The notes below the pieces were generated by a model. It was given only the letters and a program-made list of their open reading frames with translations. It was not told the origin of the DNA and did no database searches. The translations under genes were made by a program, and so were the position numbers. Positions 35,481 through 48,594 of a DNA stretch of 64,000 bases are shown one piece after another (the stretch's first letter is position 1; every line of letters begins with the position of its first letter). The stretch is from NCBI GenBank assembly GCA_030264375.1, contig JASCQW010000027.1, positions 85,274,419-85,338,418 of the forward strand. Direction: 5' to 3'. The stretch comes from Carcharhinus longimanus. Lineage: Eukaryota.

Positions 35481-36119
35481 GTGATGGTCTTCTTATGCTC
35501 TTTTATTCAANNNNNNNNNNTCAATGTTTTCTCTAAGCTGTGTGGGGACAGAACTTAGCATACGGGAAAGAAAGGCTGTGAGGATAAAATGCAGCCCCTT
35601 TAAGTTGTGTGGCTGCTTAGCAATCTTAAAGACCTGGATAAAGCAAAGGGAAATGAAGAGGAAACATTGCTCATTAACTTGTCATTGTTACATCAGTGGA
35701 ACAATTTGTCACTATTTACCTCAGTAGAACCGTTGAATATCTTTACTACCATTATCAGGTCAACCTTATCTTAAGCCCTGAATTTCAGAAACCATTTAAC
35801 TGTGACCTGTTTTATTGTGACTATGTGAGTAAGCAACAGGTACATACCTTGTGATCTCTGCATGCTTAATGATTTTCTTAAACCACTTTTCAGGAAAAGG
35901 TAGGTGAACTGTGACCAGATTGTAGTGCATTTTTTTTGCTATAATAGTCCACTAAACCTGCCGTGAAGTGCTTTTAAAATATATCACAAGACAGCAAAAG
36001 CATGAGCGTTCTCGACANNNNNNNNNNNNNNNNNNNNNNNNNNNNNNNNNNNNNNNNNNNNNNNNNNNNNNNNNNNNNNNNNNNNNNNNNNNNNNNNNNN
36101 NNNNNNNNNNNNNNNNNCG

Positions 36120-38993
36120 GAAGTGCAGTCAGAAAGTGATTCAGAGTAAATCCAGTACTCACCAAAGCCACAGCCACCAGGTACACTGCTCCGGAGAACA
36201 ATGAGCCTTGAAGCCAGACAACAGCCGAACAGCATACTGCTGGCACCATATAACTGGTTACATGTTAGTCCACATACTGGGAGACCTATTGGCTCCTTAG
36301 TCCTACTTATTCCTGAATCGAGACACTATGAGGCCATCCCTGATGTGTCAGCCTAGTCGGGCCCTCTCTATTTGCCTCCTGCTCTGAGTGATCACCCTCA
36401 CTGCCCTCCTCAAATTCCTCTTCATCTGAGGAGATGCATTGCTCCTCCGGTCCAGGTGGTCTCCCCTCTGCAACGCCAAGTTATGGAGAGCACGACAGAC
36501 TACAATGATGTGGGAGACCCTCTGGGGCTATATCGTAGTTCAGGCAGCTGAAGCACATTTGCAACAGGCCAATAGCCTGCTCGACCAGCAAGTGAATGCA
36601 GCATGAGCCTTGTTGTAATGAGTCTCAGTCGGTGTTTTTGCCTCTGCACTGGCATCATCAGCCACCACCTCAGTGGATGCACTTTATCCCCTAGGAGACA
36701 TTCCTCCGGCCACCACTCTCCCTGAAAGATGACTGGGATCTGAGAGCATCCCAATATGTAGCTGTCATGGATGGTCCCCTGGAAATGGATACATACCGAC
36801 ATGAAATGCATCATGTGGTCACAGACGAGCTCCATATTGAGGGACGAATATCAGTTCATGAATGGCACTAAATGGCAACATGAAATGTGCAAGGCCACGT
36901 GGATGCAGTCAGTCAAACCTTGCACCAGGGTGTTCTGCTAAGAGGGCAAACCTCATGGCCCTGGTATCTTGGTTCTCCTGGTCCTGGTCCAAGGTGATAT
37001 ACATGTGACACATATGCATGTAATGGGTATCAGTGACATCCCAGATACAGTTCTGTATGGCTGATTGGGAGATGCCACTTACAGGTTGCAGTTGGCGCCC
37101 TAGAAAGAGTCACTCACGCAGCTCTGAGTTTAAGGGTCACAGATAGTGGGTGTCCTCCCCATGGGGCCAGCTCTTCCAGACTCTGGCAGAAGTGGTCCAT
37201 CTGCCCTGGGATGGATGCAGCCTTCCAGGGCACTGCATTTCTGACATCTGCAGGTTGGAATAACCTCAGCCAGTACCTATGCATCTGCAGTGCTGCTCCC
37301 AGAACACTGACAGACTGGGCCTCTCCCTCCTCTGCAGAGCGCAGGTCCTGGCAAGGTGCCCTGGCACGTTAGAATCTCTGCTGCTGCTCTATGCCAATAA
37401 TGAGAATTGCCAACACGACAGTCTCCATTGACGTCCAGACTATGCACTGTAAAGAAGAGACCACAGTGAGCTATAAGGGCTCATGAGGGAGCCCTGATCC
37501 GCATTCCCTGACTCCTCTGGGACTACCACCCAATGGCAGCACACTCAGTGGGTACTTCAATGCCATCCCTCACACCCTCCATTCTGATGCTCTGGTCACA
37601 TCTCCACATTGGACCCTGTCAACTCCAGCTGAATGCAGCACATGGATGCTCCAGGGTCTCAGTGGCACCAAAGGCAGCATTTTCCCAGCCCCTAAGATCC
37701 CCTCAGAGAAACCTGGTGTCACATTAGAGGGCAGTCAAGTGCCTGAACGTGACCAGCATTTGCGTCCTGATGAGACTTTGCTGATGCACCCATCATGACC
37801 TTGATAGTGTTATTTATCATTACCCAATCAAGTCTTGCATAGGGATGCACATCAATGTTATCTGTGAGATGTTGCAATTTTTCTGGGAATGTCAGCTCAA
37901 TGCCTGGAATGATGGTTTGTGAAGGTTTAGCATTTGGCCTCCAAGAAACAGCAGTGCTCTTTGGCTGCACAGCATTTACTGGCATTACCTGAGAAAGGGG
38001 AGACTGGGGTGACAGTTCAGCCAAGTGTCTGCCTCTTGTGGCAGATGTGGCACAGATGAATCATGCGAGGCCAGCAATTAGCATATCCAGCTCCTTCCTA
38101 GCGGGCACCCTGTTTCTCCCAGATCACAAGAGCTGAGCAGCCTTCCATGACCTATTGAGATCCACTGTTACTCGCATGCATCCTGAGAATTGGTTTTGAA
38201 CTTCCAGCAGCCACCCAGCACTTTGTCCTCACACTGCTGCCTGAGAGTGGGTGCCAATCACATTGCAGTGATCCTCCCCCATGTGCAAGACTCTTTAGGC
38301 CACATGAGGGGAGATATAGCCCATTGCTGAATTCCCCCATTGTGCCCTGACAGCCCGCCTCCACCCAGGTAACTCTGAGTCACCTGCAGTGTTAAGCCTC
38401 TTGTTTTCAAACCCTCTCACCTTCTGGCCAGCCCCCACTAAGGAAGGGCAATCCTTAGCTGCGATATAGTCAGGATCCCAGGAAGCAGGACATAGTAATT
38501 GCCTCCTGCACACCAGCCTTCACAACACCCTTAAAACCCAAAATGGAGGGATAGCAAGGCCTGAAGATGACCCCTTTTGATCCCCCTGCCCCGATATGTC
38601 GACTGCAGTATCCCCATCCCCAAGTTGCACCTATCTTGACCCACAGGTGCCAAGGCCAAGCTTTACAGAAAAAGGGAGACTCCAAGCAGAGACATGGTCA
38701 TGAGTGCTTGACAGGGAGCACACCATATGGCTGCTGAAGCACTTATATCTGGTTCTGAATCATGGCGGTCTAATTAGCTGCCAGCATGGGGGCGTGATTC
38801 TGGAAAAATGGGCTTTTAATGAGTTTTTACACACAAATACATACAAATGCACTACTCGACCTGCCATGAAAATTAGAAGCGGAAAATTTGAAATTAATTT
38901 TATGCCAGTGGGAAATTAACCTTTCGGCACTCTCTAACTTTTCCCATCCTGCCCACTGCATGTTTGACTTTGGAAAGACTGGAAATCCAACCC
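36120..38993 (-). mobile_element. Decayed autonomous Harbinger transposon (transposase ~36340-37450)
   Basis: ELVCDH..FQGTIHDSYILGCSQIP..LLGDKVHPLRWWLMMP (DDE_Tnp_4/HARBI1-like); TIR-like ggaaatccaaccc at the right end; left end probably lost in the gap. Confidence 0.8.
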
Positions 38994-38994
38994 G

Positions 38995-39238
38995 AAGGGA
39001 TTTACTTAGATTAATTCAGTGGGCAACAATTTCGTGGATGGCGTATAATGTGGGAAAATGTGAATTTGCCCACTTTAGTAGGTTTATAGAAAAGCAGTAC
39101 ATTATTTAAATATAGGGAGTCTGCACAACCCTATGGTACAGAGGAAACTGGGTGTTCCAGTACCCAAATCAGAAAAAGTTAACATTCAGGTGCAGCAAAT
39201 AAATTGGAAGGAAAATGGAATGTTGTTGTTGATTTCCC
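38995..39238 (+). mobile_element. CR1 RT fragment
   Basis: DLLRLIQWATISWMAYNVGKCEFAHF; QRKLGV..SEKVNIQVQQ. Confidence 0.8.
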
Positions 39239-39579
39239 ATTCAGGAAGTGGGAATAGACATGTGGGCCTTAGTGAGGGTGTGAAAATGGGTATGGTATCC
39301 TGGAAAAGTTGTGGCATCAATAGAAACCTCTAAGAATAAGATTTGATAAGTCAAGTTCAGTTGTGAGATAAATGCAGTCTGGATTAGGGCTCTGGAAACA
39401 GGAGTAAAGTTGTGGGTAAGGGGGATAGAGATGGTCAGGCAAAGGAAAGCAAATTTATTGACAACTGAATATGGGGACAAAAAGCAGAGCTCAGGGTGAA
39501 GTAATGGACCATAATGTCTTATTCCAGACACAGCCACTGGAGAGGATGGTGATAATTTCACTGGAAGAGATTTTCAGAA

Positions 39580-39865
39580 CCTCAGAATATGAAGAAGTGT
39601 TTAACAGTCAATGAGGCACTTTTTGAAGTTGCAGTGTAAGTAATACAGCAGTTAAATATACATAACAACATCACCCTACAAACACCTGACTGATGTTCTT
39701 TGAGAGATAAATACTGGTCAGGACACTAGGGGGAACTCCCCTGCTGTTTTTTTGGGAGTGATGTCATGAGATTTTTTTGTATCCACATGAAAGGACACGA
39801 GGTCCCATTTTAATGTTTCATCCAAAAACACACTTCCAACAGTGCAGCTCTCCTCAGGTACTCAT
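39580..39865 (-). mobile_element. Deu-domain SINE fragment
   Basis: caatgagg.acttttgaagt..ggtcaggacactagggggaactcccctgct..tttaatgtttcatccaaaa..cagtgcagc. Confidence 0.65.
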
Positions 39866-39869
39866 TTTC

Positions 39870-40600
39870 CCATTGCGTCTGTGTGGTGGACACCCACCTT
39901 CCATGCATGCCTCAACACATAGTCCTAGGCTTTGGAATGTGACAGTCTGCAACACTCAGTTGGGGACCAAGAAGTTTCAGGCAGGCCAAAGAGTGTCTTT
40001 CATCAATGCTACAGCAATAGCTGATGTTTGTCTTGCAGTGCGTCCCTGGGAACAGCCCATTGAGCACAGAATGCTGCATCATGGATTTGCTCGGAATGAA
40101 CCTCCATAAAATCACCACATCTCTCTCCCGACCTTCTTTGCAAAGGCACATTTCACAAGGAGATGGACAACAGTCCCCGTTCCCTACAACAATCACTTTG
40201 AGGCCAACATGCAGATGGGATATGTAAGAAGGATCTCACACCAGCCAATCTAGTCTTTGTGCTTGTTTAAAAGTTCTGGTTGTGATCAGGCATTCTGCCA
40301 TATGATCTTGACAGTCTGCTCAGGCTGTCATCTGCCAGGATGCACCAATTTCTTTTTCCAAAGGGCCTCTCAGACATTGTATACAGACCACTTCCTGTGG
40401 TCAAAGGTGTTTCTCTGCTTATATTTTTGCACAAAGGATCGGAGTATGGCATAGTCTAACTACTGGGAGAATTCTGCGGCAACATGGCCAAACCCATCCT
40501 TCACAACACGGGGACAAATAGAACCTCAGTACATTGTGCCACTTAGTGTTTGCAGACTGAGGATTTACTACAGTTTGATGCAGCAAAACACAAAAGTGCC
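39870..40600 (-). mobile_element. Tx1-clade LINE ORF2 3' region, decayed
   Basis: EQTVKIIWQNA..ELLNKHKD..TVVHLLVKCAFAKKV..RFIPS..SVLNGLFPGTH..DYVLR. Confidence 0.75.
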
Positions 40601-41044
40601 GTCACGATTAGGATGATGTCAGGAACATTTTTCACCCTTGTTATGAACCATATATCACAACTCGAAACATGATTCATGGGGATGTATAGTTTTGTTTTGG
40701 AAGTCATGTGAAGGCCCAGTGAGAAGATCCAGCCCAGTCATTGTGTAACAGTTATTAAACAACATTTATTAAAGATAAGAGTAATGCACAAGTAGGACTA
40801 TAATTCACTGAGATAACTAAATACGTGGGATGGAATTTTCTCTACAAGATTCAAAGGGGCAATCTTATAAAAATAATATTCTGTGTGCCGGGCGTGAAAA
40901 GGGGAGAGTTTCATCATTTTTTCAGCGAGATCACAAATTAAATCTTACGGCACTTTGTGCAAAAGATGCACATTCTGACTCCAACCAGTAGGGGGAGGGT
41001 GTGGGGCCTAAGTTCGCTGGAAAGCTGGCTGTGCTCACTGTACA

Positions 41045-41360
41045 GGATGTGGAGATGCTGGTGTTGGACTGGGATAAACACAGTAAGAAGTCTCACAACA
41101 CCAGGTTAAAGTCCAACAAGTTTATCTGGTAGCAAAAGCCACTAGCTTTTGGAGCACTGCTCCTTCATCAGCTGAGTGGGATTTCAGTTCACAAACAGGG
41201 CATATATAGACACAAACTCAGTTTACAAAATAATAGTTCAAATGCATGTCTTTACAGGTAATCAAGTCTTAAAGGTACAGATAATGTGAGTGGAGAGAGG
41301 GTTAAGCACAGTTAAAGAGATGTGTATTGTCTCCAGCCGGGACAGTTAGTGAGATTTCTC
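41045..41360 (-). mobile_element. Penelope terminal repeat with hammerhead-like motif
   Basis: Minus strand cagCTGATGAaggagcagtgctccAAAAgct (GAAA mutated); homologous to the arms of 16958-17167. Confidence 0.8.
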
Positions 41361-41834
41361 AGAATATGCTATTCCTCAGAGGAAGATACCCAGTTAGCAC
41401 ATTTGACAACTGCACCTCAAAATCTGGAAGGGTGTTACTTTCCATGTTGGATCTTCCTGACTTTTTTTTTGCCTCTTATAGCAATGCTACTTTAAGATGA
41501 CCTGCAGCCTTTTAGTAGCTGCCAGTGCTGGACAACAAGGCCCTTTGCTTCATTCATTGTGAACTGTGAACAATATTGTGCAAAGGAGATGCCTATAGCA
41601 TTACAGGGACACACAGGATGAGAAACAACTATCACTGAGAAACAACTATAACTGTCACTGAGCTGAGATCACATTATCAATCCCTTAAACTTATCAAAAG
41701 CATTGTGCATGTAATTAAGCAACAATTATTTTAGTCCTTTATTTAGTCTTTACAACTTATTAATAAGTAAATAGACTACCAATCAATGAAATTTCAAGGA
41801 AAGTGTTATAAAACTATTAAACAGAAAAAGCTTA

Positions 41835-42108
41835 AAGCGTATTTATTAGTCACAAATAGGCTTACATTAACACTGCAATGAAGTTACCATGAAAATCCAG
41901 CGCCTGTTTGGGTACACTAAGGGAGAATTTGGCTTGGCCAATGTATCTAACCAGCACGTCTTTCAGACTGTGGGAGGAAACCAGAACACCCAAGGAAACT
42001 CATGCAGACACAGGGAAAACGTGCAGACTCCACACAGACAGTGACCCAAGCTGGGAATTGAACACAGGTCCCTGGCAATGTGAGGCAGTATGCTAACCAT
42101 CATGCCAA
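41835..42108 (-). mobile_element. HE1-related SINE, alternative tail
   Basis: Same head and tail as 20695-20997. Confidence 0.88.
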
Positions 42109-42945
42109 CAGGAAGTTTAACTGAAGATTTAAAAACTAACTTTTCCATTTTTAGGAAACTTTTCTGAATGTGTATTTGATCTTTGATAATGGAAGAATTT
42201 CTTTTGAGTTAAAATTACTTTTTCATGAAATCCTCACTAGCTTGACATTGTTGCACTTGCTGCTCATAAGAGCTGAAGTACTCACTCAGTGCCGTGTTTA
42301 AAATATGTGCTTTATGGCATGGCTAGTAACAGTTGAAAAGTTGTATGACCAAATAAAGGAATGTTTTGTTTCACATTCACAGTTAATATAAAACCACCCT
42401 TTAATTATTCAACTGAGATCAAAGATGCATTTTACACTGTTGCTTACTTCAATAAAAAAATTTCTTTAAACAGAAATCAGAATTAGGACTGTACTCTAAC
42501 AGCACATCTGTCTTACATCCTTAAACCTTTGTCAAAGTACCACTATCCATCAATGCACTTCAATCCTTTGGTGACTTTTGTACTGGCAGTATGAACACCT
42601 TCCCATTACTGACCCAAAGAATGCTTCATTCTGTCATCTCCTGAGTGAAAAGTGTTTAGGAGACTGATCCTTAGAGGAAGCCTTCAGTTTGGAACCAGGT
42701 CATTGGGTGTTTAATATGGATCAGTGATTTTAACACAATGTTTTGATGTACATTGGGGCTTCTGACAGGGATGAATGATGATCTGAGTGAAATATAGGTG
42801 CCACACAAAAGACAAGCAATTTGAAAACTTGCTTTGGTCCCACACCAGCAAAGAATATTTATCAAAAGCCTCCTTTGCGCTACAGCTGCAATTTGTATTT
42901 GCTGGGAATTGGCAACTGATTTGTGGTAACATTTTTCACTGCAAA

Positions 42946-43017
42946 TAAAGAACAAAGAACAAAGAACAACCCAGCACGGGAAACAGGCCCTTCGGCCCAA
43001 CAAGCCCGCGCCGCCAC
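42946..43017 (-). mobile_element. Young CR1 3' tail entering a gap
   Basis: (aaagaac)3..caggcccttcggccc, CpGs intact. Confidence 0.8.
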
Positions 43018-44288
43018 NNNNNNNNNNNNNNNNNNNNNNNNNNNNNNNNNNNNNNNNNNNNNNNNNNNNNNNNNNNNNNNNNNNNNNNNNNNNNNNNNNN
43101 NNNNNNNNNNNNNNNNNAGTAACAATGTCTGGAATATATTCATCATTTAGAGACGAACAAGGCTGCCACTTTAGGTAAGGAGAAAAACCATAAAAACAAG
43201 TATGCATCTAAGAAAGAAAATATAAAATGTAAAACCTCAAGGATTTAAATGTAATACATTAAAATTTATTTCTCAAGTTTATTTCTTGCAAGAAAATGAC
43301 AAATTTTATATAATATCAAATCCTTCAAAATAGTTGGGCTTAGAAATTCAGAATAACTATCTTTGCCTGTTTCTCAACGGTGAGCTCCAAACTGATCCTG
43401 ATATTTGTCCTTATACCCACTGTAATAGAGCCTAGGTGGCACAATAGCTCACTGATGCAAAGAAGAGCAAAATGAGGCTACTGCTTTCTGGGGATAATGG
43501 GAGATCTAATATAATGTGGGGATGTTGGTCTGACTAGGTGTAATGATTAGAGATCATGAGAAGGTATGTAGGAGATCAGCTGCCATGACAGATGCTGATT
43601 GGAAGTTTGATTAAACATGAGGTTGGGAGAAACACTCCTGCTTATTTACCTTCAGGCTGTCCCTCAGGTTGCTTCCCCGAAGAACAGCCCACAATGGTGT
43701 TTGTTTGCAATGGCAAACAAATTTTGGAGAGGGAACCTCAAACAGGTGTATTACTTGTATTTGCAAATGGCCTCCACACCAGCATCAAATGTGTGTAAAA
43801 GCTGGATCTTGTTTGTACAGACAAAATATTATCCTGCAATATCAGCTGTGGCTCTGTTGCTAATGAGATTGCAGGTCCAACTGCTGAAATGTGAGCATAC
43901 AAAATCTAGTCAGAAGTGTGTGTCTGAGTGCTCCCATTAATTTCATATTGATTGTATTTAATTACATGAAGGCGTTGGCCATTAAATGCTGATTTATTTG
44001 TGCCTGTATAAATACACTGAAACTATTGTGTTTGAATTAGAAGCTTGTGCAATTCTGTAAATATATGCTTATAAATGTAAACAAAAACTTTCACCAAACT
44101 GGCTGTCTGGAAGATAATATGATAGCAGAGGAAGGTTGCCTAAAGGAGAAGTTTGAAAATTACTAAAGAAAAAATTCAGACATTGAAGTTTTGGACCTTC
44201 TATTTGAATTTTTGAATAAACATTATGATCAAGTTGATCAGATAAATATCTGCAAGGCATTGTCAAATTGATAGATTTCAGAAAACAG

Positions 44289-45391
44289 GTGGAGAATTCT
44301 TCCAAAACAAATCTATGTGTTGAATTCACGTGAAAACTGGAGTAATTCATGCTATTTTTGTCAGTGGGAGTTTAGAAAAGAATCTCCCACACTCAGTGCA
44401 TTGCAAAGGCCACCAATGTGGACATCATTAAAAACTAGGGGGCAGGACCTACCCCACCAGAGAGGCTGAAATCAGTGAGCTGAGCAAGCTACTACGCACG
44501 TGCTGATCTGTCAGTGACACACTGATGGCCTCCCAATTGCTGGCCAGCTCAATCGCTGCCCAGCCCCATGACACCCACAATGCCAACTCTCTGCCCACCT
44601 CACTCCCCCAAAGGCCCAATCGCTGGCCTCCTCGTGCATTCCCGGTCCAACCCAGACCCCCACACTCCCAACCCNNNNNNNNNNTCTCCAGCACCCCTCC
44701 CTGAATCCCAACCCACACAGTCCTGATCCCCCCGCAGTCCCAACCCACCTACCACACCTGAGTCCCAAACCCCTCCTGTATGCCAACCAGCCCCCATCGG
44801 CTGACCCCTCCAACCCAGCCTGCCCCAATCACTGCCCTCCCCCTTCCCCTCTGATCCCTATGCAGAGTGGCAACAGGAACCCCCACCATTTGCACCTAGG
44901 CCCTGCCCCCATATGCCACACCTTCCATATGCCCACCCACTTGGCACTGCTCCATGCCCAATGGGCAGTGCCAACATGCCCCTGGGCTGTGCCAGAGGCA
45001 CAGGCTGGCACTGTCAGTATGCCAAAGCCCAAGGGGCACCACCCCCACCACCCAACCCTGGGGCCTGATCTTCACTCCAGTGGGATCAGGCCGCTAGTTC
45101 CCCTTTAGCAGGGGGCCACTCTGAACCCTGCTAAACTGAACCACTCTGGTGGGGGGAAATGCTAGCGGGCCCAGAGACTTCAATTCCGAGCCCGCTAATC
45201 ACAGTTAATTTATATGCAAATTACCATTTAATAGTTTCTGCACTTCACAGATCTGACACTACTGGACATACGGCATTAGAGACGTTAGCAGAGCGTGAAC
45301 GTGCACACGAACCTTGCAAATCGACCAACACGAAAATATCCCGGCTCGCTGTACTAAAAAATTTGCGCAGCAGGATGAGAGAATCACAGCC
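44289..45391. mobile_element. ~1.1-kb non-autonomous Harbinger-like element, possible CAG TSD
   Basis: Degenerate TIRs gtggagaattc / gaatcacagcc flanked by cag on both sides; C-rich minisatellite interior. Confidence 0.6.
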
Positions 45392-46401
45392 CAGATGATC
45401 GTTCTATTGGTGAATATATCATGGACTATAATGAATTGTATGAAAGATTGGTGAAATTCATTTGGAGGTTTCTGGACTGAAGTATCATTAAAATTATTCG
45501 ATTGAGTGAAGGTGTCGCATATGGATTGTAACTGGTGTTAGGTTCTTGGAGAAAGGAACCCTTTTGGATTGATACCTACTACTTTGAAAAATTGCCTTTT
45601 TTCAAAGGAAGTAATCATAGAACAAATGGAACATTCCATGATGACACAAGGAATAGAGAATGCAACGTTTGCCAGGTTGTAAAATGGTCCAGAAAGGGGT
45701 TAAAGTCGTGGAAAGCTATTTGGATTGCAGTTTACAGCTGCAAAAACAAGGGACAGAGAGAAACTCTAATATTCCTATGAGGCTATATGTATCCATAAAT
45801 CACTGCTTTCCAGATAACATTCAAGAATCAGCAGGTGAGTGTCTGCTGGTGATTGTATCATATGATGAGATAACTCTGTCTTGTTAGTAAATAGATATTG
45901 CAATTAGCCAAGCGTAGAGTTGCTGTAATTGGTTAACCACTGCTGTGGGAAACAAACTCCAAAAATCTTCATCTGTTCTTTCAAGATGGGGGAGTGGTGA
46001 AGAACAGGATACCAGGATAGCTACTGAACTTCCCTAATAGTTCAGATTATGGACTCAATTCAAAAGGAAGAGTTCAAGACAGCAGTGCCAATCAGAAGCT
46101 GGGTTAAATGTGGAGATTAAATAAGGATGAAAATACTTTTAATTGGTTATCTGGATATTACAGCAGCAGACAGAATTATAAGTGAATGCATCCCAGAGAT
46201 GCCAAAGGAACAGTTAATATGTGCCTCAGGTGTGACACTTCTTTTTGCAAAACAGAGGCAGAGCCCCAGGAATTACACATGATGCACTGAATTCTGAGGA
46301 AGTGGTTGAAGGTAATGAATCCAACCAAATTATACTTGCCAAAAAGAGCTTGGCCCTGTGTTAAATCTTTTAATCATGGACTACTTTAACTAGTACTTTA
46401 A

Positions 46402-46766
46402 CTGGGGAGATTTGATAGAGGTGTATAAGATTTTGACAGGTATAGAAAGTCGGCTTTTTCCACTGAGGCTAGAGGAGAGAAAAACCAGAGGGCGCGGCTT
46501 AAGGGTGAAAGGAGAAAAGTTTTTAAAGAGAGTTTTAGAGGGGGCTTCTTCACGCAGAGAGTGGTGGGAGTGTGGAATGAGCTGCTGGATAAAGTGGTAA
46601 ATGCAGGGTCACATTTAAGAAAAACTTGGACAGGTTCATGGATAAAAGGGGTGTGGAGGGATATGGTCCAAGTGCAGGTCAGTGGGACTAGGCAAAAAAT
46701 GGTTAGGCACAGACAAGAAGGGCCAAAAGGCCTGTTTCTGAGCTGTAATTTTCTATGGTTTCTATG
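46402..46766 (+). mobile_element. CR1 3' end
   Basis: GDLIEVYKILTG..KTRGRGLRV..VVGVWNEL; tail ttctatggtttctatg. Confidence 0.9.
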
Positions 46767-47049
46767 AATTTCATTTAATAGTGGTCAAGGTAACCATAGA
46801 TCTAGAGTTTTGGATTCCTATTCAGAGAACCTCAACGCAAATTTAATATAGGAAAGGAGATTGGGAAAGTATTGCCTCTGGTAGAATATTCAGTTGTGTT
46901 TTAGAAGTATGAAATAACAGGATAATGAAGTTACAGGATAGTAGAGGTGACCAGTAACTGCAGCACTGACATATTAAGTTCCCATTTGGAGAGTCTGCTT
47001 GGCTGTAGTAAAAAGTCTAGTTAATCAAAGAATCTGACAGTAGAAACCC

Positions 47050-47410
47050 AGATATAATAATCAAGTCTGTGGAGTAGTAAGGGACTGCTAACCTGTTAGA
47101 GGTGTTGTTTTTTGGATGAAGTTAAACTAAGATTCCATCTAACTTCTCACATGCTTTTCAAAGACCCTTTGGCCCTATTCCAAAAGCAGCAGAGGGCTTC
47201 TGCCTATGCCCTGGCCAAAATTTATCTCACAACTAACATCACTAAGAACAGATACCATAATTTTCCAGTCACGTTTGCCCCAAGCCTGGAAAATCCCACC
47301 CAAGGCCAATGTGACCTGCCTGCTACAAACCCCATGGTGGATGGGACGGGAGAATTCTGCCCAGGTTGTCTGATCATTTACCTTGCTGCAGTTTGTGGGA
47401 TTTGACAATG
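47050..47410 (+). mobile_element. Deu-domain SINE with MITE family A inserted (~47255-47362)
   Basis: ttggatgaagttaaac..aagaccc..agcagaggg..cctggccaa..; resumes after the MITE with tcatttaccttgctgcagtttgtggga. Confidence 0.6.
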
Positions 47411-48594
47411 AGATGAATAACCAGAGAATTGGCTGGCTGTGGCAAGAGACTGGCATCTGACGGCCATCAGTTTTTTTAAATGTGTGCAATGTGGGCTGCA
47501 CCCAGATCGAGCCCAATTGTAGGCATAATCCAATTTTAAGGCCCATAGTTCCTAGTGGCAATAGAAATCCGATAACGCTGCACTGTGACAAATATTTGCT
47601 GTCTATTTTTGTCTTGGTAAATCTGAAATGGGTTAAGTGACTTAAAAATTGGTAAATTTGTGAGAATCCTACCAAGATTGCAAAGAAGTTAATCAGAGGG
47701 GTCTAATGCAATTTGGCTTGCATTATATTATTCTGTATATGCAAAGGATACAAGAAAATGGGATGTTAGTAGAGAGCTCCAATGTTGAGTTAGACTTGGA
47801 CAGGAATAAGGGGCAAATAGTCACCCTTTATGCTAAAATTTCTGTGGCTACTATGAGGTCAATAATGCAGTAATGATTCTGCCTCTAACAAATGGAACTA
47901 ACTTAAAACCAGCTAATTTAAGCATTTTTCTCTCGAGCAATGAGTGATAAGCTGGGAGTCCCATGGTAGCCAAGAATTGAATGGTCAGGTTCCATGCAGC
48001 AGCTAGTGAGGGACTACCAGTTGCCTATCAACATGCAGTGTTTCCCTTCTGTAATACATCAGGGACAAAAATCCTCTGTCAAAGGTTGGCCAATGAAGAC
48101 AGAAAGTTGGAGTACAAATTGGTTGGACCTGTACAAAGGACAGAACCACTCACTCAAATCCTTTTCAAGTCTTTTTGGGCCAGCTCCCCCAAAACGTTGT
48201 TGGAAACAGATGCTTGAGTAACTGGATCACCACTCAGGCAATCTAGCCACATTAAGGAGAAGCTTTATAACTCACATCATAACAAGGTTTAATTCAACCT
48301 TGTGCCCTTTAAAAGCACAGGATCTCAAGTCTTTATATACTGAATAGCTGTAGTGCAAAATGTGAAGTACTTTGGGCATATGGAAAGCCTTAGACCTCCA
48401 TGCTGGGGCTCTCATGATATAGAATTATACTTCAGCTGCCAAGAATCACATTGTTGGCAACTTCTTACAGAGAATTACACTGAATTTCCAAAAACAGACC
48501 ATTTAGCCCAATTGGTATATGCACCCAGTTGGTGCATTTGCTTCAACTGAGACCCCCCCACAACTCTAATTGATCTAACTCCATCTACATGATC

